DNA of 62,454 nt from Candidatus Doudnabacteria bacterium (GCA_031291995.1 JARLHZ010000030.1:1-62454), one strand, 5' to 3'; positions 36,145 to 45,754 are shown, counted from the stretch's first letter. Program-made: numbers and translations. The notes: generated by a model from the letters alone, not told the origin.

Positions 36145-38616
36145 ATGGCTGATCAAAGAGAAGGCAAGTATATATTGTGGTTTAACGAGATCGGCAAGAC
36201 CGACGTCCATTTAGTTGGCGGCAAAAACGCCAATTTGGGGGAAATGTACCAGAATTTAACCAACGCGGAAAGCAAACTTTTCCCGGGAGAAAAAATATCC
36301 GTACCCTTCGGGTTCGCGGTCACGGCGGCGGCATACGCCCACTTTATCAAGGAGAACGCGCTGGATGCCAAAATCCGCGAAGCCCTGGCCGACCTGGACA
36401 CTCACAACATTAAACAACTGGAAGAAAAAGGGCAGAAAGTCCGGCAGCTGATTTTGGAAGCCTCCTTTCCGGCGGATTTGGAAAAAGAAATTACCGCCGC
36501 GTTCGCGGAATTGGGCAAACGGTTAAAATTATCCCCGAGCGACCTCGATGTGGCCGTAAGGTCCTCCGCGACTGCCGAAGATTTGCCGGACGCCAGTTTT
36601 GCCGGCCAACAGGAAAGTTACCTAAATGTGCGCGGCGACCACGAGCTGATGGAAAATATTAAGAACGCTTTTGCCTCCCTGTTTACCAACCGCGCCATTT
36701 CCTACCGCGTCGACCAAAAATTCGACCACTTCGCGGTTAAGCTCTCCGTGGCCGTGCAAAAAATGGCCCGTAGCGACCGCGGCGTCAGCGGCGTAATGTT
36801 TACCATAGACACCGAAAGCGGATTTAAAGACATGGTGCTGATTAACGCCGCCTGGGGACTGGGGGAATTTGTGGTTAAGGGCGTGGTCACGCCGGATGAA
36901 TTTAAGGTTTTTAAACCGACTCTCAAAAAAGGGTTTAAATCCATTATCAGCAAACGCCTGGGCAGTAAAGAAAAAAAATTAATCTACGCCAGCGAAGGCA
37001 CCAGCCCGACCAAGGAAGTCCCGGTAGCAGATTCCGACCGGCACAGTTTTACTTTAACCGACGATCAAATACTCAAATTGGCCAAGTGGGGGACAATCAT
37101 AGAAGACCACTATCAACGGCCCATGGACATTGAATGGGCGTTTGACGGCAACGACAAGTCTTTGTACATTGTCCAGGCCCGTCCGGAAACCGTGCAGGCC
37201 AGAAAAGACATTAACGTTTTGGAAGAGTTCGTGATGCAGGACAAAGGCAAAGTTATTTGCCAGGGCGCGGCCGTGGGCGCGAAAATCGGCCAGGGCAAAG
37301 CGCACTATATTAAAGATGCCACTCAGTTAAGCGAGTTTAAAAAAGGCGAAGTGTTGGTAACGGAAATTACCGATCCCGACTGGGAACCGATTATGAAAAT
37401 CGCCAGCGCCATTGTCACCAACAGCGGCGGTAGGACTAGCCATGCGGCCATTGTCAGCCGCGAGCTTGGCATTCCCGCAATTGTCGGCACCGGCAACGCG
37501 ACCGAAGTTTTAAAAACCGGCCTGGAAATTACCGTATCCTGCGCCGAAGGGGAAGTGGGCAAGGTTTACGAGGGTCTGCTTAAATACCAGGTTATTAAAA
37601 CCGATTTGACCGATTTTAAGCCGCCGAAAACCGATATTAAAATGATAGCGGCCGATCCGGAACTGGCCTTCGGCTATTCGTTTTTGCCACAGCGCGGCGT
37701 CGGTTTGGCACGGGAAGAATTTATAATTTCCAATTTTATTAAAATCCACCCTAACGCGCTTATCGATTACGAAAAGCTTACCGATCCCAAAATTAAAGCG
37801 CAAATAGACGAGCTGACTGCCGGCTATCCCGACAAGGCCGAATATTTCGTGGAAAAGCTGTCCTACGGCATCGGCCAGCTGGCCGCGGCGTTTTATCCGT
37901 ACGATGTCTTACTGAGGTTTTCCGATTTCAAGACCAACGAGTATGCCAATCTTATCGGTGGAAAGCTTTATGAGCCCGAAGAAGAAAATCCCATGATGGG
38001 CTGGCGCGGGGCGAGCCGTTATTACGATCCCAAATTCGAAAAGGCGTTTTCACTGGAAGTCGCCGCCGTCAAATTGGTGCGGGAAAAAATGGGATTGTGG
38101 AATTTAAGTGTGATGATTCCGTTCTGCCGTACTCCCGAAGAAGGCCAAAAAGTCGTGGACACAATGGTAAAATATGGCCTGACCAACCGCATTTCTCCGG
38201 AAGACCGCAAGAAAAAGAAAAATGGAGACTTGGTGGAAGGTTACGAATGCTGGGTCATGGCGGAAATTCCCTCCAACATTCTTCAAGTTGAAGAATTCGC
38301 GGAAATTTTTGACGGTTTCTCAATTGGCAGCAACGATTTAACCCAGCTGACCTTGGGGCTAGACCGCGATAATAAAACAATAGCGCCAATCGGTAACGAA
38401 AGAAACAAATCCGTCCACAAATTAATCAGCATCCTCATCCCCGAAGCCCATAAGCGCTACCTCAAAGTCGGCATCTGCGGCCAAGGCCCCTCCGACTTCC
38501 CCGACTTCGGCGAATTCCTCGTCAGTCTCGGCATCGACTCCATATCTTTAAACCCCGACACCGTCATGAAAGCTACAATAAAGATAAAGGAAGTGGAAGA
38601 GAAACTGGGGAGATAA
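36145..38616 (+). CDS. ppsA: Phosphoenolpyruvate synthase (pyruvate, water dikinase)
   Basis: GGKNANLGEM and TNSGGRTSHAAIVSRELGIPAIVG (phospho-His). C-terminal PEP-utilising domain. Confidence 0.9.
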   Translation: MADQREGKYILWFNEIGKTDVHLVGGKNANLGEMYQNLTNAESKLFPGEKISVPFGFAVTAAAYAHFIKENALDAKIREALADLDTHNIKQLEEKGQKVRQLILEASFPADLEKEITAAFAELGKRLKLSPSDLDVAVRSSATAEDLPDASFAGQQESYLNVRGDHELMENIKNAFASLFTNRAISYRVDQKFDHFAVKLSVAVQKMARSDRGVSGVMFTIDTESGFKDMVLINAAWGLGEFVVKGVVTPDEFKVFKPTLKKGFKSIISKRLGSKEKKLIYASEGTSPTKEVPVADSDRHSFTLTDDQILKLAKWGTIIEDHYQRPMDIEWAFDGNDKSLYIVQARPETVQARKDINVLEEFVMQDKGKVICQGAAVGAKIGQGKAHYIKDATQLSEFKKGEVLVTEITDPDWEPIMKIASAIVTNSGGRTSHAAIVSRELGIPAIVGTGNATEVLKTGLEITVSCAEGEVGKVYEGLLKYQVIKTDLTDFKPPKTDIKMIAADPELAFGYSFLPQRGVGLAREEFIISNFIKIHPNALIDYEKLTDPKIKAQIDELTAGYPDKAEYFVEKLSYGIGQLAAAFYPYDVLLRFSDFKTNEYANLIGGKLYEPEEENPMMGWRGASRYYDPKFEKAFSLEVAAVKLVREKMGLWNLSVMIPFCRTPEEGQKVVDTMVKYGLTNRISPEDRKKKKNGDLVEGYECWVMAEIPSNILQVEEFAEIFDGFSIGSNDLTQLTLGLDRDNKTIAPIGNERNKSVHKLISILIPEAHKRYLKVGICGQGPSDFPDFGEFLVSLGIDSISLNPDTVMKATIKIKEVEEKLGR

Positions 38617-38668
38617 GTTTTGACCTGAAAACATTAACGATGTTATAATCAGTTTAAGCGGACAGAAT

Positions 38669-38890
38669 ATGAAGGTTATCTTTACACGACACGCAAAAAA
38701 CCGCATGCGTTGGCGGGGAATAAACGTTAATGAGGTAATTCGGATAATTCAGGCTCCCGATAAAAAAGAGCTATTGGCGAACAAGAAATTTCACTATTAT
38801 AAAACCGTCAACAGTAAATACTTGCGCGCGACTTTGGCCTTCGAAAATGACGGAATAATTATTATAAGCGTAGTTGATAAAAAGGACTGA
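38669..38890 (+). CDS. DUF4258 domain protein (putative toxin-like)
   Basis: MKVIFTRHAKNRMRWRGINVNEV. Confidence 0.6.
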   Translation: MKVIFTRHAKNRMRWRGINVNEVIRIIQAPDKKELLANKKFHYYKTVNSKYLRATLAFENDGIIIISVVDKKD

Positions 38891-38891
38891 T

Positions 38892-39095
38892 ATGCAGGTA
38901 GAATACGACCCCCAGGCTGATGCCGTGTACATTAGCCTGCAGAAAAAAAAAGTTTATAAAAGCAGGGAAGTGTCCCCCGGCGTAGTTTTGGATTTGGGCA
39001 AAGACAGAGTACTTATAGGGATTGAAATTTTGGACGCCTCCAAACATTTTGCCAATAAACAACTTGTCAATTTTTCGGTTAAAACTTTTGCGTAA
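38892..39095 (+). CDS. DUF2283 domain protein (putative antitoxin-like)
   Basis: MQVEYDPQADAVYISL...VVLDLGKDRVLIGIEILDASKH. The ATG lies 1 nt after the upstream TGA. Confidence 0.6.
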   Translation: MQVEYDPQADAVYISLQKKKVYKSREVSPGVVLDLGKDRVLIGIEILDASKHFANKQLVNFSVKTFA

Positions 39096-39115
39096 AGCAG
39101 GACAATAAAAAGATC

Positions 39116-39152
39116 AAGGCGGCTTACCAATAACGGCGGCCGCCTTTTTTTG
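39116..39152. terminator. Hairpin terminator between convergent genes
   Basis: aaggcggc ... gccgcctt followed by ttttttt. Confidence 0.65.
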
Positions 39153-39155
39153 CGT

Positions 39156-39494
39156 TCAAGTCCCCGAGTTGCCCGCCTTTGCTTTGCGGCCAATCAATGT
39201 TTTGGCTATCTCGATTTGTTCTCTTAGGATATGGGCGGCTTTGAACCATTCGGTGCGGGCACCTTGTTCGTCGTTCACGAGGTTCCATTCTACTTGATCG
39301 AGAGCCGGTTTTAATGAAAGCTCCTTAGCAAGCGAAACAGCATAGCATTTGGAGGTTTCGTCTTTGTAATAAACGCAGTACCCAATGGATATCATTGACG
39401 ACCCCCTGTCGATTTTAAATGCCCTGTATGTACACCGAATCATCCTTGCTTTTCTAAAGGCCTGGATAATCGCCCGTAAATTTTCAAGATTCAT
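39156..39494 (-). CDS. Hypothetical protein (112 aa)
   Basis: ATG at 39494 is preceded by AAAGGAGGAACT. The longer TTG-initiated ORF up to 39623 would overlap a consensus + strand promoter. Confidence 0.5.
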   Translation of the reverse strand: MNLENLRAIIQAFRKARMIRCTYRAFKIDRGSSMISIGYCVYYKDETSKCYAVSLAKELSLKPALDQVEWNLVNDEQGARTEWFKAAHILREQIEIAKTLIGRKAKAGNSGT

Positions 39495-39573
39495 AGTTCC
39501 TCCTTTGGAACCCGCCAGCGTATCATAAATCAAGGAAAAGTGTCCATATTCATAAGTTTTTTTAGTATGATTA

Positions 39574-39602
39574 TTGACAATTTCTTTTAAATAAGCTATA
39601 AT
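39574..39602 (+). promoter_or_regulatory. Consensus sigma-70 promoter of the second TrmB-like gene
   Basis: TTGACA (39574-39579), 17-nt spacer, TATAAT (39597-39602). Confidence 0.7.
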
Positions 39603-39641
39603 TTTAATACAAATGTTGTCCAATTAATGAACAGAAAATCA

Positions 39642-39731
39642 GTGTCATTGCGAGTGCAGCCAAAGCAATCTTTTTATCATACCTGATATAAGATTGCTTC
39701 GTCGGAAAAGCTGGCCTCCTCGCAATGACAC
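39642..39731. mobile_element. MITE-like palindromic element, family 1, in the 5' UTR, ending 10 nt before the ATG at 39741
   Basis: gtgtcattgcgag...agcaatct...agattgcttcg...ctcgcaatgacac. Confidence 0.7.
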
Positions 39732-39740
39732 TAAATACAT

Positions 39741-40481
39741 ATGATTAATAACCAACTATTAGGTAAGCTTATAGACATTGGCCTTGATGAAAAAGAAGCC
39801 GTTTTGTATGCGGCCGGGTTAGAATTGGGTGAATCATCCATACAGGAATTAGCTAAAGAATCCCATATTAAAAGGCCGACGGCTTATCGCGTTATGGAAG
39901 AGTTGGAAACAAAAGGCTTATTTTCTAAAGTGTCTAAAGGCAAAAAATATTATTATGAAGCGGAAGATCCAGAAACAATTTTTGGATTGTATAAAACCCG
40001 GCAAGATGCTTTTGCCCGATTGTTGCCTGACCTAAAACAACTGCACGGTAAAGATGGAAAGGTCCCGAAGGTTCGCTTTTTCCGCGGCATGGAAGGCTTA
40101 AAGAGTATGTACTTGGAATCGTTAAATGCCAAAGAAACCATAGTTGGTTATGGCTCGATTGACGAAATTTGGGGATTGTCTAAAGAGTTTATTAACGATT
40201 ATATGAAAGAAAGAATTAAAAGGAAAATTCGGGTGCGGGGGATAGTGCCGTCTACCAGCGAATCACAGGCTTTTGCCAAACTTAATGAGTCGCAAATGCG
40301 CGAGTTAGTTTTAGTTCCCAAAGAAAGGTTTCCGCTCGGCAATGAAATAAATATATATGACGACAAAGTGGCGGTTTTTTCTTTTAAAGAGATGGTTGGA
40401 ATAATTATTGAAAGCAAAGACATTGCCCATACGCAAAAAGTGGTTTTTGAATTGGCCTGGACCGGGGCTCATTTAATGTAA
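39741..40481 (+). CDS. TrmB-family-like transcriptional regulator, paralog of 18091..18843
   Basis: LDEKEAVLYAAGLELGESSIQELAKESHIKRPTAYRVMEELETKGLFS. Same length and architecture as the first copy. Confidence 0.65.
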   Translation: MINNQLLGKLIDIGLDEKEAVLYAAGLELGESSIQELAKESHIKRPTAYRVMEELETKGLFSKVSKGKKYYYEAEDPETIFGLYKTRQDAFARLLPDLKQLHGKDGKVPKVRFFRGMEGLKSMYLESLNAKETIVGYGSIDEIWGLSKEFINDYMKERIKRKIRVRGIVPSTSESQAFAKLNESQMRELVLVPKERFPLGNEINIYDDKVAVFSFKEMVGIIIESKDIAHTQKVVFELAWTGAHLM

Positions 40482-40502
40482 TTTCCCCGACTCGCCCGGA
40501 AC

Positions 40503-40542
40503 AAAAAATACCAATCCGCCATCTGGCGGATTGGTATTTTTT
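40503..40542. terminator. Bidirectional hairpin terminator
   Basis: aataccaatccgcc-atct-ggcggattggtatt flanked by an A-run and a T-run. Confidence 0.8.
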
Positions 40543-40631
40543 GGCGGAAGCGGAGGGATTTGAACCCTCGAGGGCTGTAACACCCTGCCGCCTTTCCAAG
40601 GCGGTGCACTAGACCACTATGCGACGCTTCC
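40542..40631 (-). tRNA. tRNA-Ser (anticodon GGA), CCA encoded
   Basis: Acceptor GGAAGCG/CGCUUCC, anticodon stem CCGCC/GGCGG with loop UUGGAAA, long variable arm, T arm GAGGG-UUCAAAU-CCCUC. Confidence 0.9.
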
Positions 40632-40717
40632 TTATGGTCAAAACTTTCATTATTTTACCATTTTAGCGGAGCTTTGTCGAGGTTGCGGGGGCAGGCCAAA
40701 TAAGGGTAAAATGATAG

Positions 40718-40773
40718 TGTAGCGTGCCGATTTATCGGCGGTTGGGGGAACGCCCATAAATGGGCACGCTACA
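40718..40773. mobile_element. MITE-like palindromic element, family 2
   Basis: tgtagcgtgcc-gatttatcggc...gcccataaatgggc-acgctaca. Ends 7 nt before the ATG at 40781. Confidence 0.7.
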
Positions 40774-40780
40774 TTCAACT

Positions 40781-40867
40781 ATGCCAGACCAAACCCTCCA
40801 AGACATTAAAGACCCCGGTACCAGTCTCCGCCGGAGGCGGATCCGGTACGGGGCGAGCCGGCAGTGA
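40781..40867 (+). pseudogene. Relic dnaG start: a 28-codon ORF in frame with dnaG, ended by a TGA, containing a GC-rich hairpin (40813-40853)
   Basis: MPDQTLQDIKD... duplicates [11 protein letters not shown] of dnaG. ccccggtacc..tctccgcc-gga-ggcgga..ggtacgggg. Confidence 0.55.
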
Positions 40868-40873
40868 TTGATT

Positions 40874-42637
40874 ATGGATAATACATTACAAGATATTAAA
40901 GACAAATTAAATATAGCCGATGTCATTTCCGGTTATATTCAAATTAAAAAAGCCGGCGCCAATTTTCGGGCGCTGTGCCCGTTTCATAATGAAAAAACGC
41001 CGTCTTTAAACATTTCCCCGCAAAAACAAATTTGGCACTGCTTTGGCTGCGGCGAAGGCGGGGACATATTCGGTTTTGTCATGCGTTACGAGAACGTGGA
41101 ATTCAAAGACGCGCTAAAAATATTGGCGCAAAAAGCCGGCGTGTCTTTGCCGGAATACCGGCCGCAAAATCCCGCGGAGCAGAGTGAAAAAGAATTGCTG
41201 TCACGGATAAATAACTTTGCATCCCGGTTTTATCACGAAATACTAATCAAAGATAAGCGCGGCGCGCCGGCTTTGGAATATTTAAAAAACCGAGGATTAA
41301 CGGACGGAACCATCAAGCAGTGGCAAATTGGCTACGCGCCGGACGATTTTCATTCCCTGGAGCAGGCTTTGGCCAAAAAAAAAGTTTCGGCAGCCGATTT
41401 GGTTAAAGCCGGAGTCAGCGCCAAAAACGAGCGTGGGCAAATTTATGACCGTTTTCGCGGTCGCGTAACTTTTCCCATTTTTAATTATTTTGGCGAAGTT
41501 GTGGGTTTTTCCGCAAGAATATTAATTGACGACGGCAAATCCGCCCCAAATCGCCCTTCTGCCTCGGGTGCAGGGCAGGCTAAATACGTAAACTCCCCCG
41601 AGACCTTAATTTACAATAAAAGTAAAATTCTTTTCGGATTGAATTTTGCCAAAGAATCCATCCGTAAAGCCGACGAGGCCGTCATCGTCGAAGGCCAAAT
41701 GGATTGCATCGCGCCGCACCAGGCTGATTTTAAAAACGTGGTAGCGACCAGCGGCACGGCGCTCACGGAACAGCAGCTTATGATGCTCGGCCGCCTGACC
41801 AAAAATTTGAAATTTTGTTTCGATACCGACACGGCTGGCCGCGCCGCATCCCGCCGCGCCGGCGAACTCGCGTTAAAGCATGGTTTTCGGATAAAAGTTA
41901 TCGAATTAAAAAACGTCAAAGACCCCGACGAGCTGGTTCGGCGCTCGCCGAATTTATGGCAAAAAGCGGTTAGCGAAGCCGTGTGGTTTTTGGACTACTA
42001 CATTAATTTGGCGGAAAGTTCGTTCCTGCCCGGATCGGTGGAGCAAAAACATTACCTGAGCAGGGAAGTCTTGCCGCTTTTGGGTTTTATCTCCGACCCG
42101 CTGGAACAGGACCATTACATTTTGCAGATGGCGCGCCGTTTCGGAATTTCGGAAAAAGTCATCCGCCAGGAAATCCGTCCGGCTCAGGTTGCCGTTCAAA
42201 CCGCTATCCACCCCCAGTCTTCCGGCAATTTACTTCTGGAAAAGGAAGTTTTGGGCGGGATGTTGTTGTTAACCGAGTTTTCTGAACGGGCTAAAACCGA
42301 AATTTCGCCGGAAGATTTTGAACATAATGAAACAAAGCAGCTGTTTATGAACGTATTAACTAATGTAGATTCCTCCCGGGACGCACTAGCCAAGGAGGCG
42401 GTTTTTATGGTAGAATCACAACTAGATGAATTAGGGGGCAATAAACCCGCGCTTCTGCGGGAACTCTTTAAAGCTTTGGCGCTGTTAAAAATCAGCGGCC
42501 TAAAAAAGCGACAAAATCAATTACAAACAGAAATCAAAATGGCCGAAATGGCCAAAAATCAAGCGAAAATTGAAGAATTAAACCGCTTATTTGCTCAGGT
42601 TTCCTCTGAAAAGATGAAGTTTGAAGCAATGCTTTAA
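40874..42637 (+). CDS. dnaG: DNA primase
   Basis: [30 protein letters not shown] zinc finger, TOPRIM EGQMD. Confidence 0.95.
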   Translation: MDNTLQDIKDKLNIADVISGYIQIKKAGANFRALCPFHNEKTPSLNISPQKQIWHCFGCGEGGDIFGFVMRYENVEFKDALKILAQKAGVSLPEYRPQNPAEQSEKELLSRINNFASRFYHEILIKDKRGAPALEYLKNRGLTDGTIKQWQIGYAPDDFHSLEQALAKKKVSAADLVKAGVSAKNERGQIYDRFRGRVTFPIFNYFGEVVGFSARILIDDGKSAPNRPSASGAGQAKYVNSPETLIYNKSKILFGLNFAKESIRKADEAVIVEGQMDCIAPHQADFKNVVATSGTALTEQQLMMLGRLTKNLKFCFDTDTAGRAASRRAGELALKHGFRIKVIELKNVKDPDELVRRSPNLWQKAVSEAVWFLDYYINLAESSFLPGSVEQKHYLSREVLPLLGFISDPLEQDHYILQMARRFGISEKVIRQEIRPAQVAVQTAIHPQSSGNLLLEKEVLGGMLLLTEFSERAKTEISPEDFEHNETKQLFMNVLTNVDSSRDALAKEAVFMVESQLDELGGNKPALLRELFKALALLKISGLKKRQNQLQTEIKMAEMAKNQAKIEELNRLFAQVSSEKMKFEAML

Positions 42638-42639
42638 TT

Positions 42640-43965
42640 ATGGCTAAGAAATATTCCGCCAAAAACGGAAAAAAAATCAGCAAGAAGAAGGCTAAGAAAT
42701 TTTTTAAGCAAAAGTCCGGAAAATCCCGCGCCTCCAAATCGGCGATGAGCGCGGCCGCCAAAGCCCGGAAGGAACACAAAGCCAAAGTTACCTCGCCGGC
42801 CGGCCGGCAGGCGGTTTTGCCCTTGCCCGAAACCACGGCGGAAACGGAAAAATTGCTAAAAAAACTCATGGAAAAGGCTAGCGAGCGCGGCTTTGTGACC
42901 GAAGCGGAGATTTTGCATACCCTGCCGTTTTTTGAGGAAAATATTCCGGAAATGGAAAAGGTTATGGACGCGCTGGAAAAGCGCGGCATTGAAATTGTCG
43001 ACCAGGAAGTCGCCAGCGTCTGGGAACAGAATAAACCGGCTCCCTCCAGCGGCGGCGCGCCGGTCAAGGGTAAAAAGTCGCGCGCCGGTTCCGGAAAAAA
43101 GCAGGACGACATGGTGGACGCTTTTGACCTTGGGGATATTTACGACGACAGCATCCAAATGTATCTGCGGGAAATCGGGAAAGTGCCTTTGCTTACCGGC
43201 AACGAAGAAGTGGAGCTGGCCAAGCGCGTGGAAAAAGGGGATGTCGCGGCGCGAAAAAAATTGACCGAGGCCAACCTGCGTTTGGTAGTCTCCATCGCCA
43301 AAAAATACATGGGACGCAACCTGGGACTGCTCGATTTAATTCAGGAGGGCAACCTGGGTCTGTTCCGCGCCGTGGAAAAATTCGACTGGACCAAGGGCTA
43401 TAAATTTTCCACTTACGCCACCTGGTGGATTAGGCAGGCCATTACCCGCGCCTTAGCCGACCAGTCGCGGACAATTCGCATCCCGGTCCACATGGTGGAA
43501 ACCTTAAACAAGTACGCCCAGGCCGAACGTTCCCTTGTCCAGGACTTGGGCCGTGAGCCTCTACCCGAAGAGATAGCCGCGGAAATGGGCATAGAGGTGG
43601 AAAAAGTTTATCATCTTAAAAAAATATCCCAGGAAACCGTGTCCATAGATTCGCCCGTGGGCGAAGACGACGGTGAAGATTCCAGCTTGGGCGATTTTAT
43701 TGTGGACGAAGACACCACCAAGCCCAACGAAGTGGCCGGGCGGCAGATTTTAAAAGAATACGTGGGCAATATTTTAAACGACCTTGACCCGCGCGAACAA
43801 AAAATTCTGAGAATGCGTTTTGGTTTGGAAGACGGCGTCACCCATACTCTGGAAGAAGTCGGTGAAGAATTCGGCGTCACCCGCGAGCGCATCAGGCAAA
43901 TCGAAAGCAAAGCCTTGGAGCGCATCCGGGAGCATATTGATATTAATAAACTCAGAGATTATTAA
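42640..43965 (+). CDS. rpoD: RNA polymerase sigma factor RpoD (sigma-70)
   Basis: [44 protein letters not shown] and [18 protein letters not shown]. Confidence 0.95.
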   Translation: MAKKYSAKNGKKISKKKAKKFFKQKSGKSRASKSAMSAAAKARKEHKAKVTSPAGRQAVLPLPETTAETEKLLKKLMEKASERGFVTEAEILHTLPFFEENIPEMEKVMDALEKRGIEIVDQEVASVWEQNKPAPSSGGAPVKGKKSRAGSGKKQDDMVDAFDLGDIYDDSIQMYLREIGKVPLLTGNEEVELAKRVEKGDVAARKKLTEANLRLVVSIAKKYMGRNLGLLDLIQEGNLGLFRAVEKFDWTKGYKFSTYATWWIRQAITRALADQSRTIRIPVHMVETLNKYAQAERSLVQDLGREPLPEEIAAEMGIEVEKVYHLKKISQETVSIDSPVGEDDGEDSSLGDFIVDEDTTKPNEVAGRQILKEYVGNILNDLDPREQKILRMRFGLEDGVTHTLEEVGEEFGVTRERIRQIESKALERIREHIDINKLRDY

Positions 43966-44088
43966 TATAGTAACTCGGTGTGCGGTGGCGAAACGAGTTA
44001 CGGTTTACGTAGTACGGGTTACGGACTTAAGCCGAAGGCCGAACGACGCCACGAGCCGCGCCACCAATAAACGAAATTACGCGTTATA

Positions 44089-44124
44089 AAATCCGTCCCT
44101 TAAAAAAGGGCGGATTTTTGTTTT
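44089..44124 (+). terminator. Intrinsic terminator after rpoD
   Basis: aatccgtccc-ttaaaaaa-gggcggatt followed by tttgtttt. Confidence 0.7.
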
Positions 44125-44179
44125 GTATTTAAATTAAAGTTAAATCAAGGCAAAGTGGACAATTTGGTGGATAACTTTC

Positions 44180-44208
44180 TTGACCCTGTTTTTTGTCGGG
44201 CGTAAAAT
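44180..44208 (+). promoter_or_regulatory. Sigma-70-type promoter of an orphan transcript
   Basis: TTGACC (44180-44185), 17-nt spacer, TAAAAT (44203-44208). Confidence 0.55.
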
Positions 44209-44214
44209 TAGAGT

Positions 44215-44408
44215 AGAAAGGAACGCAATAGATGATTAACAGGTTTACGGCAGGTAGCTTTTCCAAATCCCGATTCTCGGGAAGCGAACAAAGCCTACAG
44301 GTGCTTATACCTGACATCTACAATTAAGTAGATAACAAGAAATTCGCATATGGGAAAAGCTAGCCTGAAATAGACCCCCTTACTCCATATTAGGATAAGG
44401 GGGTTTAT
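44215..44408 (+). ncRNA. Candidate structured small RNA (about 190 nt), class not recognised
   Basis: Bounded by a promoter and a terminator (ccccctta.tcc-loop-ggataaggggg-ttt). Long-range stem caggtagcttttcc / gggaaaagctagcctg encloses three hairpins. No ORF of 60 aa or more. Confidence 0.4.
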
Positions 44409-44428
44409 TGTGCCCGGTATTGCGGGTT

Positions 44429-44471
44429 CCGCGGATTAGACGCGGATAGCTACGCGGATCAAACGCGGATT
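44429..44471. repeat. ACGCGGAT direct word array
   Basis: ccgcggattag acgcggatagct acgcggatcaa acgcggatt. Confidence 0.75.
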
Positions 44472-44560
44472 GAAAGCAGAATTTTACCACTCTCCTCGCG
44501 GAGGGTTTTTAGATTCAGCGACTGGTCAGCGTAGTAATCAGCGCGATCTCAGCGTCAACA

Positions 44561-45664
44561 TTAGAGACCCAATAGCACCGCAGCGATCCACGGGAAAACG
44601 ACAGTAACATCGCTTTGGATAATTTGGTAATAACTTTGGGTGGACAATTTGTCCCAGGTAATTTTTTCCTTGCCGCCGGCGCCGGAGTATGAACCGTAGG
44701 ACATGGGCGAAGAGCCGATTTCTATAAATCCGGCCCAGTCGCGGACTTTGCCGTGCAACCGCAGATCGTGTTTTAAGGAAGGGACAACGCAAATCGGGAA
44801 GTCGGCACTAATGCCGCCGCCTAACTGTAAAAAGGCGATAGGGGAGTTTTTAGACTCCTTTTGGTACCAGTCATACATCAAATGGAAATAATCCAGACCG
44901 GTTTTCATAACGCTGCCGCTGAGCACAATGTCTTTTTTATTTTTGTGCGGACCGCCGTATGTATAGCTGGCAAAAATGTTGCCCATGGTCGAGTCCTCAA
45001 ATCCGGGTATAACAATCGGTACATCCTTTTCGTAAGCCGCGTAAGCCCAGCAGTCATGGGGATTGGCTTTGGGGTCGGCTTTAATCAGTTTTTCTTTAAA
45101 CAAGCGGCGGAAGTATTCGTGGGGAAAATATTTTTCGCCTTTTCGTTCCGCGTCCTGCCACATTTTCAGCAAATGCGGCTCCATTATGCGCACGCTTTCA
45201 TCTTCGGGCAAAAAAGTATCCGTAATGCGGCGTAATCCCGCGTCCCGGAGTTCGGCTTCCTGCTGGGGAGTAAGTTCGGTATAGCGGGGGATATAGGCGT
45301 AGTGGGAATGAGCCACGTAGCGATAATACGATTCCTCGTGGTTGGCGCCGGTTGCCGAAACCAAGTGGACTTTGTTCTGGCGGATAAGTTCGGCCAGCAT
45401 CACGCCAACCTGGAAAGACGACAGCGCTCCGGCCAAAGTCACAACCAATTTCCCGCCATTTTTAAGATGGTTTTTCAGCCACAAAGCCGACTGCAAAGTC
45501 GATCCGCCATTTAAATGATTAAGCGTTCTCTGCGCGTAAGCGGTAACCGGCTGGCTGGCGCTTTTAACATGCGCGGAAATTGTTCCGCTGGTCTTATCGT
45601 TAGGCTCTTCTTCTATCAACTGCCGCAAACCCTTGGAGAGTTTGCCGATTTTCTTTTTGTCCAT
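44561..45664 (-). CDS. Deoxyhypusine synthase family protein (homospermidine-synthase-like)
   Basis: TLAGALSS...VSATGANHEE and LGGGISADF...YSGAGGKEKITWDKL. Confidence 0.65.
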   Translation of the reverse strand: MDKKKIGKLSKGLRQLIEEEPNDKTSGTISAHVKSASQPVTAYAQRTLNHLNGGSTLQSALWLKNHLKNGGKLVVTLAGALSSFQVGVMLAELIRQNKVHLVSATGANHEESYYRYVAHSHYAYIPRYTELTPQQEAELRDAGLRRITDTFLPEDESVRIMEPHLLKMWQDAERKGEKYFPHEYFRRLFKEKLIKADPKANPHDCWAYAAYEKDVPIVIPGFEDSTMGNIFASYTYGGPHKNKKDIVLSGSVMKTGLDYFHLMYDWYQKESKNSPIAFLQLGGGISADFPICVVPSLKHDLRLHGKVRDWAGFIEIGSSPMSYGSYSGAGGKEKITWDKLSTQSYYQIIQSDVTVVFPWIAAVLLGL

Positions 45665-45754
45665 TTTGCCCTGATAAATCCTATTTTGTCTCTCCGCGTT
45701 TCCGCGGAGGATACTTAATGATACGAAATTATTTTAACAGATATGTACTAAAAG

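Noticed and set aside
40865-40867. TGA between the relic and the real dnaG start as a possible recoded (Gly) codon, as in genetic code 25
   Set aside because: Other genes here clearly terminate at TGA (for example 38888-38890, immediately before the next ATG). The long ORFs are intact under the standard code.
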